64,000 nt of DNA. Origin: Candidatus Cloacimonadales bacterium (GTDB lineage: Bacteria > Cloacimonadota > Cloacimonadia > Cloacimonadales > JAFGVF01). The notes under the pieces were generated by a model. It searched no databases. It worked only from the letters and a program-made list of their open reading frames with translations, and was not told the DNA's origin. The DNA lies in NCBI GenBank assembly GCA_963678315.1, contig OY782781.1, positions 2,688,001 to 2,752,000 on the forward strand, given 5' to 3'. A program made the translations under genes and the position numbers. Positions 34,605 through 44,317 of this stretch are shown piece after piece (position 1 is the stretch's first letter; every line of letters begins with the position of its first letter).

Positions 34605-35642
34605 TTATCTTTGATTATCGAGATACTTTGCTACACAGTGTGCCATCTCTAATTCAAAATTAGGTTTAACTTCTTTGAATAACCACTTATCATCTATTTT
34701 TTGATAGTATCCCTTGTTCTTGACTATTACATTAATACCAAAATGTTGAGCTTGAAATTCTATCAAATGGTAATCTTTACCATCAAAAGCAATATCAATA
34801 GATAATGATGGGGTCTTAAACTTGTTGAAAATAGCTATTGCAAAATCAAGTAATTCAGAAGGTGCTTGGAAATCACAATCAAATTTCTTTGCTCCTGATG
34901 CTCGAAAATCATTATCTCTATTCCATCTTCTGGTTACCCATAAATGATTATAAAGTACTAAAACCCTGAAATCATACTGTAGATTAGGAACAAATGGCTG
35001 TAGAATAAAGTTTCTTTCGGGAGTAATATGCTTTTTATAAGCGATACAATCACACTTATCGTCATGATTGGGATATTCTTTATATTTCTTTTTCCTTAGA
35101 TGCATTCTTCGTAATAAGTCTGCATGCTCCCATACAGAGAGCTTTTCCCAATTCTTAAGCACTTTAATCAGTTCTTCCTGTGATTTAATTAAAAAAACCC
35201 CAGTACCATTTGAACCATCAAGAGTTTTTAACACTGTTGGATACTTTATGTCATACCCTTCTAAATCTTCTCGAGAGGAGAAATAGTAGCTATTTAAGGA
35301 TTTTATACCTCTTTTCTTTTTACAAATTTCCTGATAACCTTTATTTTCATGACATATTAGAAGGTCAATTTCAGGAATCAAATTATAGCCTTCATCATAT
35401 AGAAATTTAATTACATCAAAAAAGTACTGTCTGATATTTGTTTTCTGACTGAAGGTGTATAAAATAGGAATGTTGCTTAAATTCACATTTTTATTGATAA
35501 TTTCATGGTAAATATGTTGTTCTATGACGTAACCATAATCATATAGGTATGATTTAATTTTATCAATATCCGCAGTTACCCACGGTTTTCTAGTTTGGCC
35601 AAAAAAAGACGTATCTCGGGTTATTATTGCTAGTTTTTTCAT
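34605..35642 (-). CDS. ATP-grasp (RimK-like) domain protein
   Basis: YPTVLKTLDGSNGTGVFLI, ILQPFVP..DFRV, DFRASG, SIDI..LIEF. Confidence 0.75.
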   Translation of the reverse strand: MKKLAIITRDTSFFGQTRKPWVTADIDKIKSYLYDYGYVIEQHIYHEIINKNVNLSNIPILYTFSQKTNIRQYFFDVIKFLYDEGYNLIPEIDLLICHENKGYQEICKKKRGIKSLNSYYFSSREDLEGYDIKYPTVLKTLDGSNGTGVFLIKSQEELIKVLKNWEKLSVWEHADLLRRMHLRKKKYKEYPNHDDKCDCIAYKKHITPERNFILQPFVPNLQYDFRVLVLYNHLWVTRRWNRDNDFRASGAKKFDCDFQAPSELLDFAIAIFNKFKTPSLSIDIAFDGKDYHLIEFQAQHFGINVIVKNKGYYQKIDDKWLFKEVKPNFELEMAHCVAKYLDNQR

Positions 35643-35769
35643 TAAGTTCTCCAAAGTTGCTTTTTTTTAAAATAATCTAGAAGAATGTCAATAAAAAAAA
35701 TTTGATTGTTTAAATGAAGTGTTTTATAGCGTTCTATGCTTTAACAATCTACTTCAACTTGAAGCAAAG

Positions 35770-36486
35770 CTATTGAATATTAAAATTATCTAAATAGTGT
35801 TTTATATGCTGTAAATCGTGCCAAGTTGGTAGTTTATAGGATGAGTTGTGTAACAAGGCAGAAGGGTGATAAGTTACAAAAGTTCTTATTCCTTGATAAG
35901 ACCACTCTTTACCTCGATAGAAGGAAAGTGTATTTCCATTTGGATCATTAATAAGAGTAGTGGCTGCAACTTTACCGAAAAGTAATATTACTTTAGGCTT
36001 TATAATTGATATTTGTTCTTTTAAATAAGGCAAACAAGCTTGTTTTTCTATTGGAAAGGGGTCTCTGTTTTGTGGAGGTCGGCACTTAACAATATTCGTA
36101 ATATACACATCTGTTCTATCAATTTCTATTGCTTTGAGCATTTTAGTTAATAATTCTCCAGCTGGCCCGACAAATACATGACCTTGCTGATCTTCTTTTG
36201 CCCCAGGTCCTTCTCCAATAATCATTATCTCTGCATTTTGATTTCCATCACCATAGACAAAACTATGTTTAGTTTGATGAAGAGGACATTTTTTACAAGA
36301 ACTATATTTTAATCTTAGAACTTCAAGATTAGCTGGGGAATTATTATTATTAGCTACAATTGTATTGTCAATAGGTAATTGTTCAGAGTATATATTATCA
36401 ACGGCTTTATCATTAATTTTATAATTCTTCTTGAATATAAAATCAAGTCCTGATATTTTTAAATGCTCTAGTCGGTAACTTTTCAT
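35770..36486 (-). CDS. Uracil-DNA glycosylase family 4 (Fe-S)
   Basis: CKKCPL, IGEGPG, FVGPAG, NIVKCRPP, TYHPSALL. Confidence 0.93.
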   Translation of the reverse strand: MKSYRLEHLKISGLDFIFKKNYKINDKAVDNIYSEQLPIDNTIVANNNNSPANLEVLRLKYSSCKKCPLHQTKHSFVYGDGNQNAEIMIIGEGPGAKEDQQGHVFVGPAGELLTKMLKAIEIDRTDVYITNIVKCRPPQNRDPFPIEKQACLPYLKEQISIIKPKVILLFGKVAATTLINDPNGNTLSFYRGKEWSYQGIRTFVTYHPSALLHNSSYKLPTWHDLQHIKHYLDNFNIQ

Positions 36487-36524
36487 AAAGAAAAAGCTAT
36501 TCTGAAAGATAAAACAGAATAGCT
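36487..36524 (-). terminator. Intrinsic terminator-like hairpin between the rpoZ-like gene and udg
   Basis: 10 bp stem AGCTATTCTG / CAGAATAGCT followed by TTTTCTTT. Confidence 0.7.
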
Positions 36525-36533
36525 GTAAAATTT

Positions 36534-36818
36534 TTATTCATCATCATCATCATCATCGAATGATGACATTAAGTCTCTATTTGTAAGTTCTTCGTTTTTT
36601 CTTTCTTCCACTAAATCATCATTCTGTTCAAACATATAGTCTGGAATATTATTTGTAGCAATATGGTCTAGGGCTTCTTCAGTAATAGTTTTACCCATAT
36701 TCTTTTTAATATGCTCATAAACATTACTAAGTCTTGCCACTTCTTTATTAGCTAGAAGACAAAACATAAATGTAAGATTATTTTCTTCTAAGAACTTCTC
36801 TACTTTAGGATTAATCAT
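36534..36818 (-). CDS. Probable divergent RNA polymerase omega subunit
   Basis: Directly downstream of gmk; MINPKVEKFL...LANKEVARL...EEALDHIA pattern; acidic tail. Confidence 0.55.
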   Translation of the reverse strand: MINPKVEKFLEENNLTFMFCLLANKEVARLSNVYEHIKKNMGKTITEEALDHIATNNIPDYMFEQNDDLVEERKNEELTNRDLMSSFDDDDDDE

Positions 36819-36874
36819 ACCTATTCCTTTTGTTCATAATATTTTTTACAAGTTAAAATTAAACAAGAATATTG

Positions 36875-37501
36875 TCAAACTTTTTCATAGAATGAATTAT
36901 AGACACCATTATATCTTGATATTTTATGCATTTCTGCCCAAATAATGTTTTTCACAGCAAAAACAGCTTTTTCTAGGTCATCATTAATAACAAGGTAATC
37001 ATATTTATCAATCAAACTAATCTCATGTTCAGCAGTTTTAAGCCTCTTCACAATAACATCTTCTGAGTCTGTGCCTCGGGTTCTTAATCTATGTTCAAGC
37101 TCTTTTACACTAGGCGGGATAATGAATATTTTAATCATTGGACAATCTGTTTGAGTTAGCTTTAAGCATCCCTGAACATCAATATCCATGATAACGTATT
37201 GTCCCTTATCAAAACAGTCAAAAATAAATTCTTTAGATGTGCCATAATAGTTACCAAAAACATTTGCATATTCTAAGAAATTATCTTCTTCTATCTTCTT
37301 TTCAAATTCGTCGACAGATAAGAAAAGATAGTCAACACCATTCTTTTCATCTCCTCTAGGATCACGTGTAGTAGCAGAAATTGAATATTGCATATTGTCA
37401 AATTCATCTAGAACTCTATCAAGTATAGTAGATTTTCCACCACCAGAAGGTGCAGATATTACTATTAAAAACGGATTTTCTGAAATATTTGATACACTCA
37501 T
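36875..37501 (-). CDS. gmk: Guanylate kinase
   Basis: SAPSGGGKST, SATTRDPR.GVDY, NYYGT, DIDVQG. Confidence 0.97.
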   Translation of the reverse strand: MSVSNISENPFLIVISAPSGGGKSTILDRVLDEFDNMQYSISATTRDPRGDEKNGVDYLFLSVDEFEKKIEEDNFLEYANVFGNYYGTSKEFIFDCFDKGQYVIMDIDVQGCLKLTQTDCPMIKIFIIPPSVKELEHRLRTRGTDSEDVIVKRLKTAEHEISLIDKYDYLVINDDLEKAVFAVKNIIWAEMHKISRYNGVYNSFYEKV

Positions 37502-37508
37502 AATATAT

Positions 37509-37534
37509 AAAAAAAGCCTCGATTTCTCGAGGCT
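37509..37534 (-). terminator. Intrinsic terminator after gcvH
   Basis: AGCCTCGA-GAAA-TCGAGGCT followed by a T-run. Confidence 0.85.
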
Positions 37535-37549
37535 AGCTCAAATTATATT

Positions 37550-37930
37550 TTAACTTTCAATTAATTTTGCATATTCTTCAGCTGAAAGAAGATTCTTAAC
37601 AGATTCTTCGTCATCAAGAATAACTTTATAAATCCAACCATCTTCATAAGGTGATTTATTGATTAAATCAGCTTGATCTTCTAATTCTTCGTTAACTTCA
37701 ACAACTTCGCCAGTCACAGGTGAATTAATATCTTCAACTGCTTTAACTGCTTCGATTGAACCTATAGATTCACCAGCTTCAACATTGTCTCCAACTTGTG
37801 GAAGTTCAACATAAACAATATCACCTAATTCATGTGCAGCAAATTCTGTGATACCGATAAAAGCTTCTTTACCGTCTACTTTAACCCACTCGTGTGTTTC
37901 TGTATAATATAAGTCTTTTGAAAATTCCAT
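37550..37930 (-). CDS. gcvH: Glycine cleavage system H protein
   Basis: HEWV, GITEFA..LGDIVYVELP, lipoyl-Lys EAVKA, SPYEDGW. Confidence 0.96.
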   Translation of the reverse strand: MEFSKDLYYTETHEWVKVDGKEAFIGITEFAAHELGDIVYVELPQVGDNVEAGESIGSIEAVKAVEDINSPVTGEVVEVNEELEDQADLINKSPYEDGWIYKVILDDEESVKNLLSAEEYAKLIES

Positions 37931-38138
37931 AATGAATCTCCTAAATTTTTCTTTTGATGTAAAAATCTTTTGTTAGGAATTTATGTCAAGTATAAATTTA
38001 CGAGCTAACAATAATATTTATAATTCATTGATAAAGTATATCTTACCCCTTCTATAAAATTAGACTATACTTTTTTAATTGACATAGATATTGTTAGAAT
38101 TTTAGTCGTAGTAATATTTTTAGAGGAAATTCAAAATT

Positions 38139-39032
38139 ATGAACGATAGAGCGATAAGAGGAATAACATCCAATAAACAAATTAGATTCTTTGCTGTGAA
38201 CTCAACAAATACTTGCAAAAAGGCTTCAGAATCACATTTTTTATCTGTAACAAGCACGATATTTTTAGGTAGAATGATTTCTGCTGCTATCATGATGGGA
38301 ATGGATTTAAAAGATTACAATTCATCATTAACAGTCAAAATAAAATCTGAAGGTCCTTTAGGTGGTGCTACAGTTGTGAGTAGGAATAATGGAGAGATTA
38401 AAGGATATGTTGATAATCCAGAGTTTGAGCAAAGCGCTGAAAGTTCATTGTATGGCTTAAAAATAGGTTCTGCAGTTGGTTCTGGTCTGCTAACAATAAT
38501 CAAAGATTTGAATCTTGAACAACCATTTTCTGGACAGATTGAGCTTCAAACAGGTGAAATAGGTGATGACCTTGCATATTACTATATGAAGTCTGAACAA
38601 ATCCCATCAGCTGTTGGTCTTGGAATCTTAGTTAACCCCGATGCAAGTATAAGAACTTCAGGAGGGTTCATCGTTCAGCTTCTACCATTTGCTTCAGAAG
38701 AAACGATTACTCAGCTTGAAGAGAACATAAACAAGATGCCAAATGTTTCTGATTTAATGGATATGGGTAAGACTATTGAGCAAATCTTAAGTGATTTTAT
38801 CTTGAAAGGTTTTGAATTCAAGATTACTGATGAACTTGAACCATCTTTCAAATGTGATTGTTCAAAGGATAAATTCAGAAATGGAGTTAAACTACTAGGT
38901 ATTGAAGACCTGCAGGATGCTATTGATAAAGAAGGTTATCTTCAAGCTCATTGCCACTTCTGTAATTCTAAATATACCTACAATAGAGAAGAATTAGAAG
39001 ACATGATTCAGGAATTAAATAAGGAAAAATAG
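38139..39032 (+). CDS. hslO: Hsp33 redox-regulated chaperone
   Basis: SEQIPS, GGFIVQLLP, CDC...CHFC zinc site. Confidence 0.95.
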   Translation: MNDRAIRGITSNKQIRFFAVNSTNTCKKASESHFLSVTSTIFLGRMISAAIMMGMDLKDYNSSLTVKIKSEGPLGGATVVSRNNGEIKGYVDNPEFEQSAESSLYGLKIGSAVGSGLLTIIKDLNLEQPFSGQIELQTGEIGDDLAYYYMKSEQIPSAVGLGILVNPDASIRTSGGFIVQLLPFASEETITQLEENINKMPNVSDLMDMGKTIEQILSDFILKGFEFKITDELEPSFKCDCSKDKFRNGVKLLGIEDLQDAIDKEGYLQAHCHFCNSKYTYNREELEDMIQELNKEK

Positions 39033-39056
39033 AAAAAAAGGAAAAGGTGGTTTTAT

Positions 39057-40253
39057 ATGAAAAAGACTGTGGTTGTTGCTGCTAAACGTAGCGCTGTAGG
39101 ATCTTTTGGTGGACAATTTAAAGATGTATCTGCTGTTGAATTAGGAGTTCAAGTACTTAAGAATGTTTTGGAAGAAACAGGTGTTAAACCTGAGATGGTT
39201 GATGAAGTTATCTTAGGAAACGTAGTTGGTGCTGGTCTTGGTCAAAATGTAGCTCGTCAGATTTCTGTAAATGCAGGTATACCTGTGGAAGTTCCAGCTT
39301 ATACAGTGAACAAGGTATGTGGTTCAGGCATGAAAACTGTAACATTAGCGTCAGCAATGATTGCTTTAGGTGAAGCAGAAATAGTTGTAGCTGGTGGCTC
39401 TGAAAACATGAGCCAAATACCATATATAATGAAAGATGCACGTTGGGGTGCAAGAATGGGCGATAAATCAATAGTAGATATAATGGTTCATGATGGCCTA
39501 TTTGATATCTTTAATGGTTATCACATGGGTATCACAGCTGAAAACTTAGCTGATAAATATAACATTTCTAGAGAAGAACAAGATGCATTTGCTACCACTT
39601 CTCAAAATAGAGCAGAAGCTGCTATTAATTCAGGTCGCTTTAATGATGAAATTGTTCCTATCATGGTTCCTCAAAGAAGAAAAGACCCAATTGCAGTTAC
39701 TCAAGATGAGTTCCCTAGAGCTGGTGTTACTGTAGAAGGTTTAGCTAAATTGCGTCCTGCTTTTAAAAGAGATGGATCAGTTACTGCAGCAAACTCTTCT
39801 GGAATTAATGATGGTGCAGCAATTCTTCTATTAATGAGTGAAGATAAAGCTAAAGAACTTGGACTAGAACCATTAGCAACTTTAGTTAATTATGCTAGTG
39901 GTGGTGTTGATCCTTCTATCATGGGATTTGGACCAGTTCCAGCTATCAAAAAAGCACTTAATAAAGCAGACTGGAATATGGATGATATAGAATTGTTAGA
40001 ACTAAATGAAGCCTTTGCTGCTCAATCATTGTCAGTCTTTAAAGGCTTAGCTGAAGATGGAATTAATGTTAATCCTGAAATCACAAATGTTAATGGTAGC
40101 GCTATAGCTATCGGTCACCCTATCGGTTGTTCAGGTGCTAGAATAATCGTTACTCTTCTACATGAAATGAAGAAACGTGGAAATAAAAAAGGTTTAGCTT
40201 CTCTTTGTATCGGTGGTGGTATGGGTATCACTACTCTTTGGGAAATGAACTAA
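39057..40253 (+). CDS. Acetyl-CoA C-acetyltransferase (thiolase)
   Basis: NKVCGSG, NEAFAAQ, GHPIG, CIGGGMG. Confidence 0.96.
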   Translation: MKKTVVVAAKRSAVGSFGGQFKDVSAVELGVQVLKNVLEETGVKPEMVDEVILGNVVGAGLGQNVARQISVNAGIPVEVPAYTVNKVCGSGMKTVTLASAMIALGEAEIVVAGGSENMSQIPYIMKDARWGARMGDKSIVDIMVHDGLFDIFNGYHMGITAENLADKYNISREEQDAFATTSQNRAEAAINSGRFNDEIVPIMVPQRRKDPIAVTQDEFPRAGVTVEGLAKLRPAFKRDGSVTAANSSGINDGAAILLLMSEDKAKELGLEPLATLVNYASGGVDPSIMGFGPVPAIKKALNKADWNMDDIELLELNEAFAAQSLSVFKGLAEDGINVNPEITNVNGSAIAIGHPIGCSGARIIVTLLHEMKKRGNKKGLASLCIGGGMGITTLWEMN

Positions 40254-40274
40254 AATAATATATCGCTAACATTT

Positions 40275-40300
40275 AAAAGAGGACAAGATTTGTCCTCTTT
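40275..40300. terminator. Bidirectional intrinsic terminator between convergent genes
   Basis: AAAAGAGGACAA-GAT-TTGTCCTCTTT. Confidence 0.8.
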
Positions 40301-40342
40301 CTTATTTTTAGCTGCAATATTGTAAATTCAATTTCTTTCATT

Positions 40343-40834
40343 CTAATTAGATAATCTTAATTCGACCAAATCTAGTGTTGGTCTTGCCCAATTATATTGA
40401 TTACTCGAGCCCATTGCTCTTCCATAATATGCTCCACCAGTTGCCATTGAACTCCCATTATAATTCATGTAGTTATCATGAGCCATATCTGAAGTTCGTT
40501 TCAACTGATTTATCACATACGCTTTCTCGGTATAATCGCAACTATATGTATCAAAGTCAACTGAAACAATATAGCCACTACTGTTACCTAATAATCCCGC
40601 TTGAGCAGTATAATATTCTAGTTTTATTGCATAGGGTAGATTGTAATAACAGAAAGTATAAATTTGAGGATAACCTTTATAACTTATATCTGCTGTACGG
40701 TCTCTATTAGCCCCATCAGAAGCTACATATTGATATTGTGGATTTTGAGAAAACAAGGCAGGTCTTACAAATTTAGCATTAAGACTTGAGCATAATATTA
40801 AGGCCATTGAGATAATAACAAGTACTTTTTTCAT
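40343..40834 (-). CDS. Secreted Tyr-rich hypothetical protein
   Basis: Signal peptide MKKVLVIISMALILCSSLNA; GGGAG SD. Confidence 0.75.
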   Translation of the reverse strand: MKKVLVIISMALILCSSLNAKFVRPALFSQNPQYQYVASDGANRDRTADISYKGYPQIYTFCYYNLPYAIKLEYYTAQAGLLGNSSGYIVSVDFDTYSCDYTEKAYVINQLKRTSDMAHDNYMNYNGSSMATGGAYYGRAMGSSNQYNWARPTLDLVELRLSN

Positions 40835-41141
40835 AAACACTCCCAAAACATATTATTTTATATAATTAATTTCATTTTAGGTATAACTTATTTTTATGTC
40901 AAACAATAATTACATGATTTCTATATTCTAATTTGAGTGATTTAATTTGTACTTCATTCATGTTTAATCTTTCTTATTTGTTTAATCCTGGTTTTACTTT
41001 GGCCTTGATAAAACTGGGCATCATTCTAGCTTAAGGATTAGATTTTATTACTAGTCTCCTGCATTAAAAGTCGATTTAGTGTAGGAGGCTATTGACTTAA
41101 GACTAAAAACAAGCATACAAAATCATATATTTACGAATTAG

Positions 41142-41170
41142 AAAAGCCTGCAACAAAATGTTACAGGCTT
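41142..41170 (-). terminator. Intrinsic terminator of the large secreted protein gene
   Basis: Minus strand AAGCCTGTAACA-TTT-TGTTGCAGGCTT followed by T residues. Confidence 0.75.
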
Positions 41171-41198
41171 AATTTTTATTCTATATGGTCATTTGATA

Positions 41199-44100
41199 CT
41201 ATTTCATAAGAACCATTTTTCTAGTTGAAGTTTGTTTTCCAGCTTTTAACTTATAGAAGTAAACACCAGAAGCAACACTTTGATTGTTATTGTTAACGCC
41301 ATTCCAAACAATATTATGTGTTCCTGCTTTCATATCTTCATTGACTAATGTAGAAACTTTTTGTCCTTTAATATTGTAGATTGAAAGTTCAACATCTTTT
41401 ACATCTTTATTTAATGTAAAACTAATGTTTGTTTCAGGATTGAATGGGTTAGGGTAGTTTTGGTTAAGAACTGAGTTAACAGGAGCAACATCATTATCTG
41501 CAACAGGAACTGTAGTTACATCAACGAATTGAGCATAAACACCAAGAATGGTTGTTTTACCTGAAGAAATACCATCTGCCCAAGTAATGAAAGCTTTTCC
41601 ATCACCGATAGAAGCAACTTTAGGATTCTTTTGATCTTTTCTTTCTGTAGTAACATCAGCACCAGCATTTGACCAAAGAACATCACCATTATATCTAAAT
41701 ACATTCATAGATATGTCAATTTCTTCTTCTGCAGCATCTTCCCATGCAGAAATATAATAACCACGTGAGATTTCACCAATAGCAGGTTTAGTTTGTGTGC
41801 CTTCAGCAATACCTATTTCAAGTCCTCTTTCTCCCCATGCACTTGTTCCATCAAAATTAATCTTTTGAGCTCTTACATCTTGGTCAGATAAGTTTTCATG
41901 CCATACTGTATAAAGACCATCTTCACCAGCTACTATGCTAGGACGTTTAGCTTCATGAGGAGCACCACCAACTAAACTTGGAGTAACTTCGATATCATTA
42001 TCGAACATTTCTGTACCATCATCAGCAAAACCTTGAGCAAATATTGAGAAGATATAATCATCTCTGTTATCAGCCCAAACATAATATAATTGGTCATCAA
42101 CTACAACACCATTACCATTATCAACAGAAGCATCTGCAGTAGAGATTAAATTACCTTCAACTGAATAACCTTCAGCAATAGAACCATCTTGATTTACTTT
42201 AGCAACTCTTCTTTTAACAGCAGAATAACTCCATAAGTAATATGAACCAACGATATCATTAATCATAGCTTCTTGCATAGGTGAACCAGCTTCTTGGTCT
42301 GATAAAAGAAGACCGTTATCACCCCATTGTTTGTCACCATTATGCATTCTTTGACCGTAAACTTTATTGTAATATGAGAAATCTTGTTCAATTAAATCAG
42401 CCCAACCAATATAGAAGTCACCATCTTCATGGTTCCAAGAAACATTTGGAGCTGATTGACCGATAGTCGCAAAAGTAGGAGTCATTTCTAAACCAGTGTC
42501 ACCCCATAAATAGCTACCGTCAACATCTAGTAATTGAGCGTAAACTTTAGGAGTTGAACCACGTTGTTCAATCCAAACAACACAAGTTTGACCTTGGTTG
42601 TTAACAGCTGAATCAAATTCTGCTTGAGTTGTTCCAGTTGAAATAGTAATAGCTTTACCATTCACATCAAGGTCAATAGAACCATCTTCATTAACATATT
42701 GGAACATGATTTGGTAACCATTACTAGCTCCACGAGTATCCTGCCATAAAACAACAGCATCATCTTGAGAAGGGCGACCATGAGCTTGAAGTTCACCTTC
42801 TGCACCTGCATCACCTGAAAGACCGATAAACACAGTTTCGCCATCTTCAACTAATATAGGAGAACCAGCAGCAGTAACAATTTGTTGAGTAATACCTAAT
42901 GAACCAGTTCTTAAATCAAACCAAACAGCGAAAACATTATCACCTGACTTTTTGATAAGAGCATTGTTTTGTTCATTAATAGCATCACAAATAATCATAC
43001 CATCTTCATTCCAACCAAAAGTACCATCACTTTCAACGTGTTGAGCATAAATATCTACTTGAGGGTAATCATTTGTTCTAGCGTCAGTCCATACAACATA
43101 AACACCTCCGTTACCATCGTCAGAAGTTCTAATTGAACCTTCACGAACAGCATCAGGAGCTATTTCAACACCATCAGCATTCCATTGGTGAACACCATCA
43201 GAATTTAATTTCTGAGCATAAACACCTGTTAGCTCGATAGTATTTCTTGTATCTTCCCAAACAACAACAACAGAACCATTACCAACTTCTCTTAATCTAG
43301 GTCTATTTTGACCATGACCGTCATTTGAAGGTTCATCACCATAAACCACAACAGGTGCAGTCCATGCATAATCGCCGTTAGCTAAGATACGGTGAGCGTA
43401 TATATCTGAAGAGGTATAACGAGCATCTTGCCATGCGAAAACATAGCCACCAAGTCCATCAGGAACAACTTTAACCGATTCTTGGTTACCTGTTTCAACC
43501 ACAAGCTCTTTAGGTTCTCCCCATTCAGAAGTTCCATCACTGTTAATTCTTTTTACATAGATATCTTTTTGATTATTTTCTTCAACGATATAAGCAATAA
43601 CAAAACCACCGAAGCCATCTTCTCTCATTGAGTTTTGTCCTTCACTTAAATCAGTATTAGCTATAGGATGACCATCAGCAGTCCATTGGTTAACACCTTG
43701 ACTATTTAAATGAGCTGCATATAAATCTTGAGATGGGTTACGGCTATCTTTCCATAGAATGTAAGCACCACCTTCATCATCTTCAACAATATTTAGAGAG
43801 ATTTGGATTTCTGGATTAGAGCAAACAGCAACCCCACCATCTTGCCACATTAACTGACCATCATCACTTATTTTTTGGGCATAAACATCACCATTTTGAT
43901 CATTTGAGAAGTCTAACCATGCAATGATGTAATCATTATTTGATGTCTCAATAATCACTGGATCTTCTTGTCTATCGATTTTATTATCAACTAAAAGAGG
44001 TTCATCACCCCATGCACTATTTCCATTACTATCATATTTCATTGCCCAAAGGTCTCTATCGCCAAAGCGAGTATCCGACCATGAATAAATCATTCCACCA

Positions 44101-44234
44101 TCATCAGTTGGAATTGCAGTTCTAAACCACTCAATGTTAGCACCTTGTCTTAATGGAACAGCTGTATCCCATTGTGTTTGTGCGCTAGCTAGAGTTATCA
44201 ATACTAAGAATAAGATCACTAATCTAGATTTCAT
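41199..44234 (-). CDS. Secreted repeat (probable beta-propeller) protein with C-terminal FlgD-Ig/Por-like sorting domain
   Basis: Signal peptide; many repeats of DGxGG-x4-WxDxR...YAQ...G-x3-W; C-terminus QNYPNPFNPET...IYNIKGQKV...ASGVYFYKL...RKMVLMK. Confidence 0.88.
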   Translation of the reverse strand: MKSRLVILFLVLITLASAQTQWDTAVPLRQGANIEWFRTAIPTDDGGMIYSWSDTRFGDRDLWAMKYDSNGNSAWGDEPLLVDNKIDRQEDPVIIETSNNDYIIAWLDFSNDQNGDVYAQKISDDGQLMWQDGGVAVCSNPEIQISLNIVEDDEGGAYILWKDSRNPSQDLYAAHLNSQGVNQWTADGHPIANTDLSEGQNSMREDGFGGFVIAYIVEENNQKDIYVKRINSDGTSEWGEPKELVVETGNQESVKVVPDGLGGYVFAWQDARYTSSDIYAHRILANGDYAWTAPVVVYGDEPSNDGHGQNRPRLREVGNGSVVVVWEDTRNTIELTGVYAQKLNSDGVHQWNADGVEIAPDAVREGSIRTSDDGNGGVYVVWTDARTNDYPQVDIYAQHVESDGTFGWNEDGMIICDAINEQNNALIKKSGDNVFAVWFDLRTGSLGITQQIVTAAGSPILVEDGETVFIGLSGDAGAEGELQAHGRPSQDDAVVLWQDTRGASNGYQIMFQYVNEDGSIDLDVNGKAITISTGTTQAEFDSAVNNQGQTCVVWIEQRGSTPKVYAQLLDVDGSYLWGDTGLEMTPTFATIGQSAPNVSWNHEDGDFYIGWADLIEQDFSYYNKVYGQRMHNGDKQWGDNGLLLSDQEAGSPMQEAMINDIVGSYYLWSYSAVKRRVAKVNQDGSIAEGYSVEGNLISTADASVDNGNGVVVDDQLYYVWADNRDDYIFSIFAQGFADDGTEMFDNDIEVTPSLVGGAPHEAKRPSIVAGEDGLYTVWHENLSDQDVRAQKINFDGTSAWGERGLEIGIAEGTQTKPAIGEISRGYYISAWEDAAEEEIDISMNVFRYNGDVLWSNAGADVTTERKDQKNPKVASIGDGKAFITWADGISSGKTTILGVYAQFVDVTTVPVADNDVAPVNSVLNQNYPNPFNPETNISFTLNKDVKDVELSIYNIKGQKVSTLVNEDMKAGTHNIVWNGVNNNNQSVASGVYFYKLKAGKQTSTRKMVLMK

Positions 44235-44317
44235 TAGTTTCCTCCATATATTAAATAATTAAATTTCATTTTTTATTACACAATGCAATAACCTTTCCAA
44301 AAAAGAACTTGATTCTA

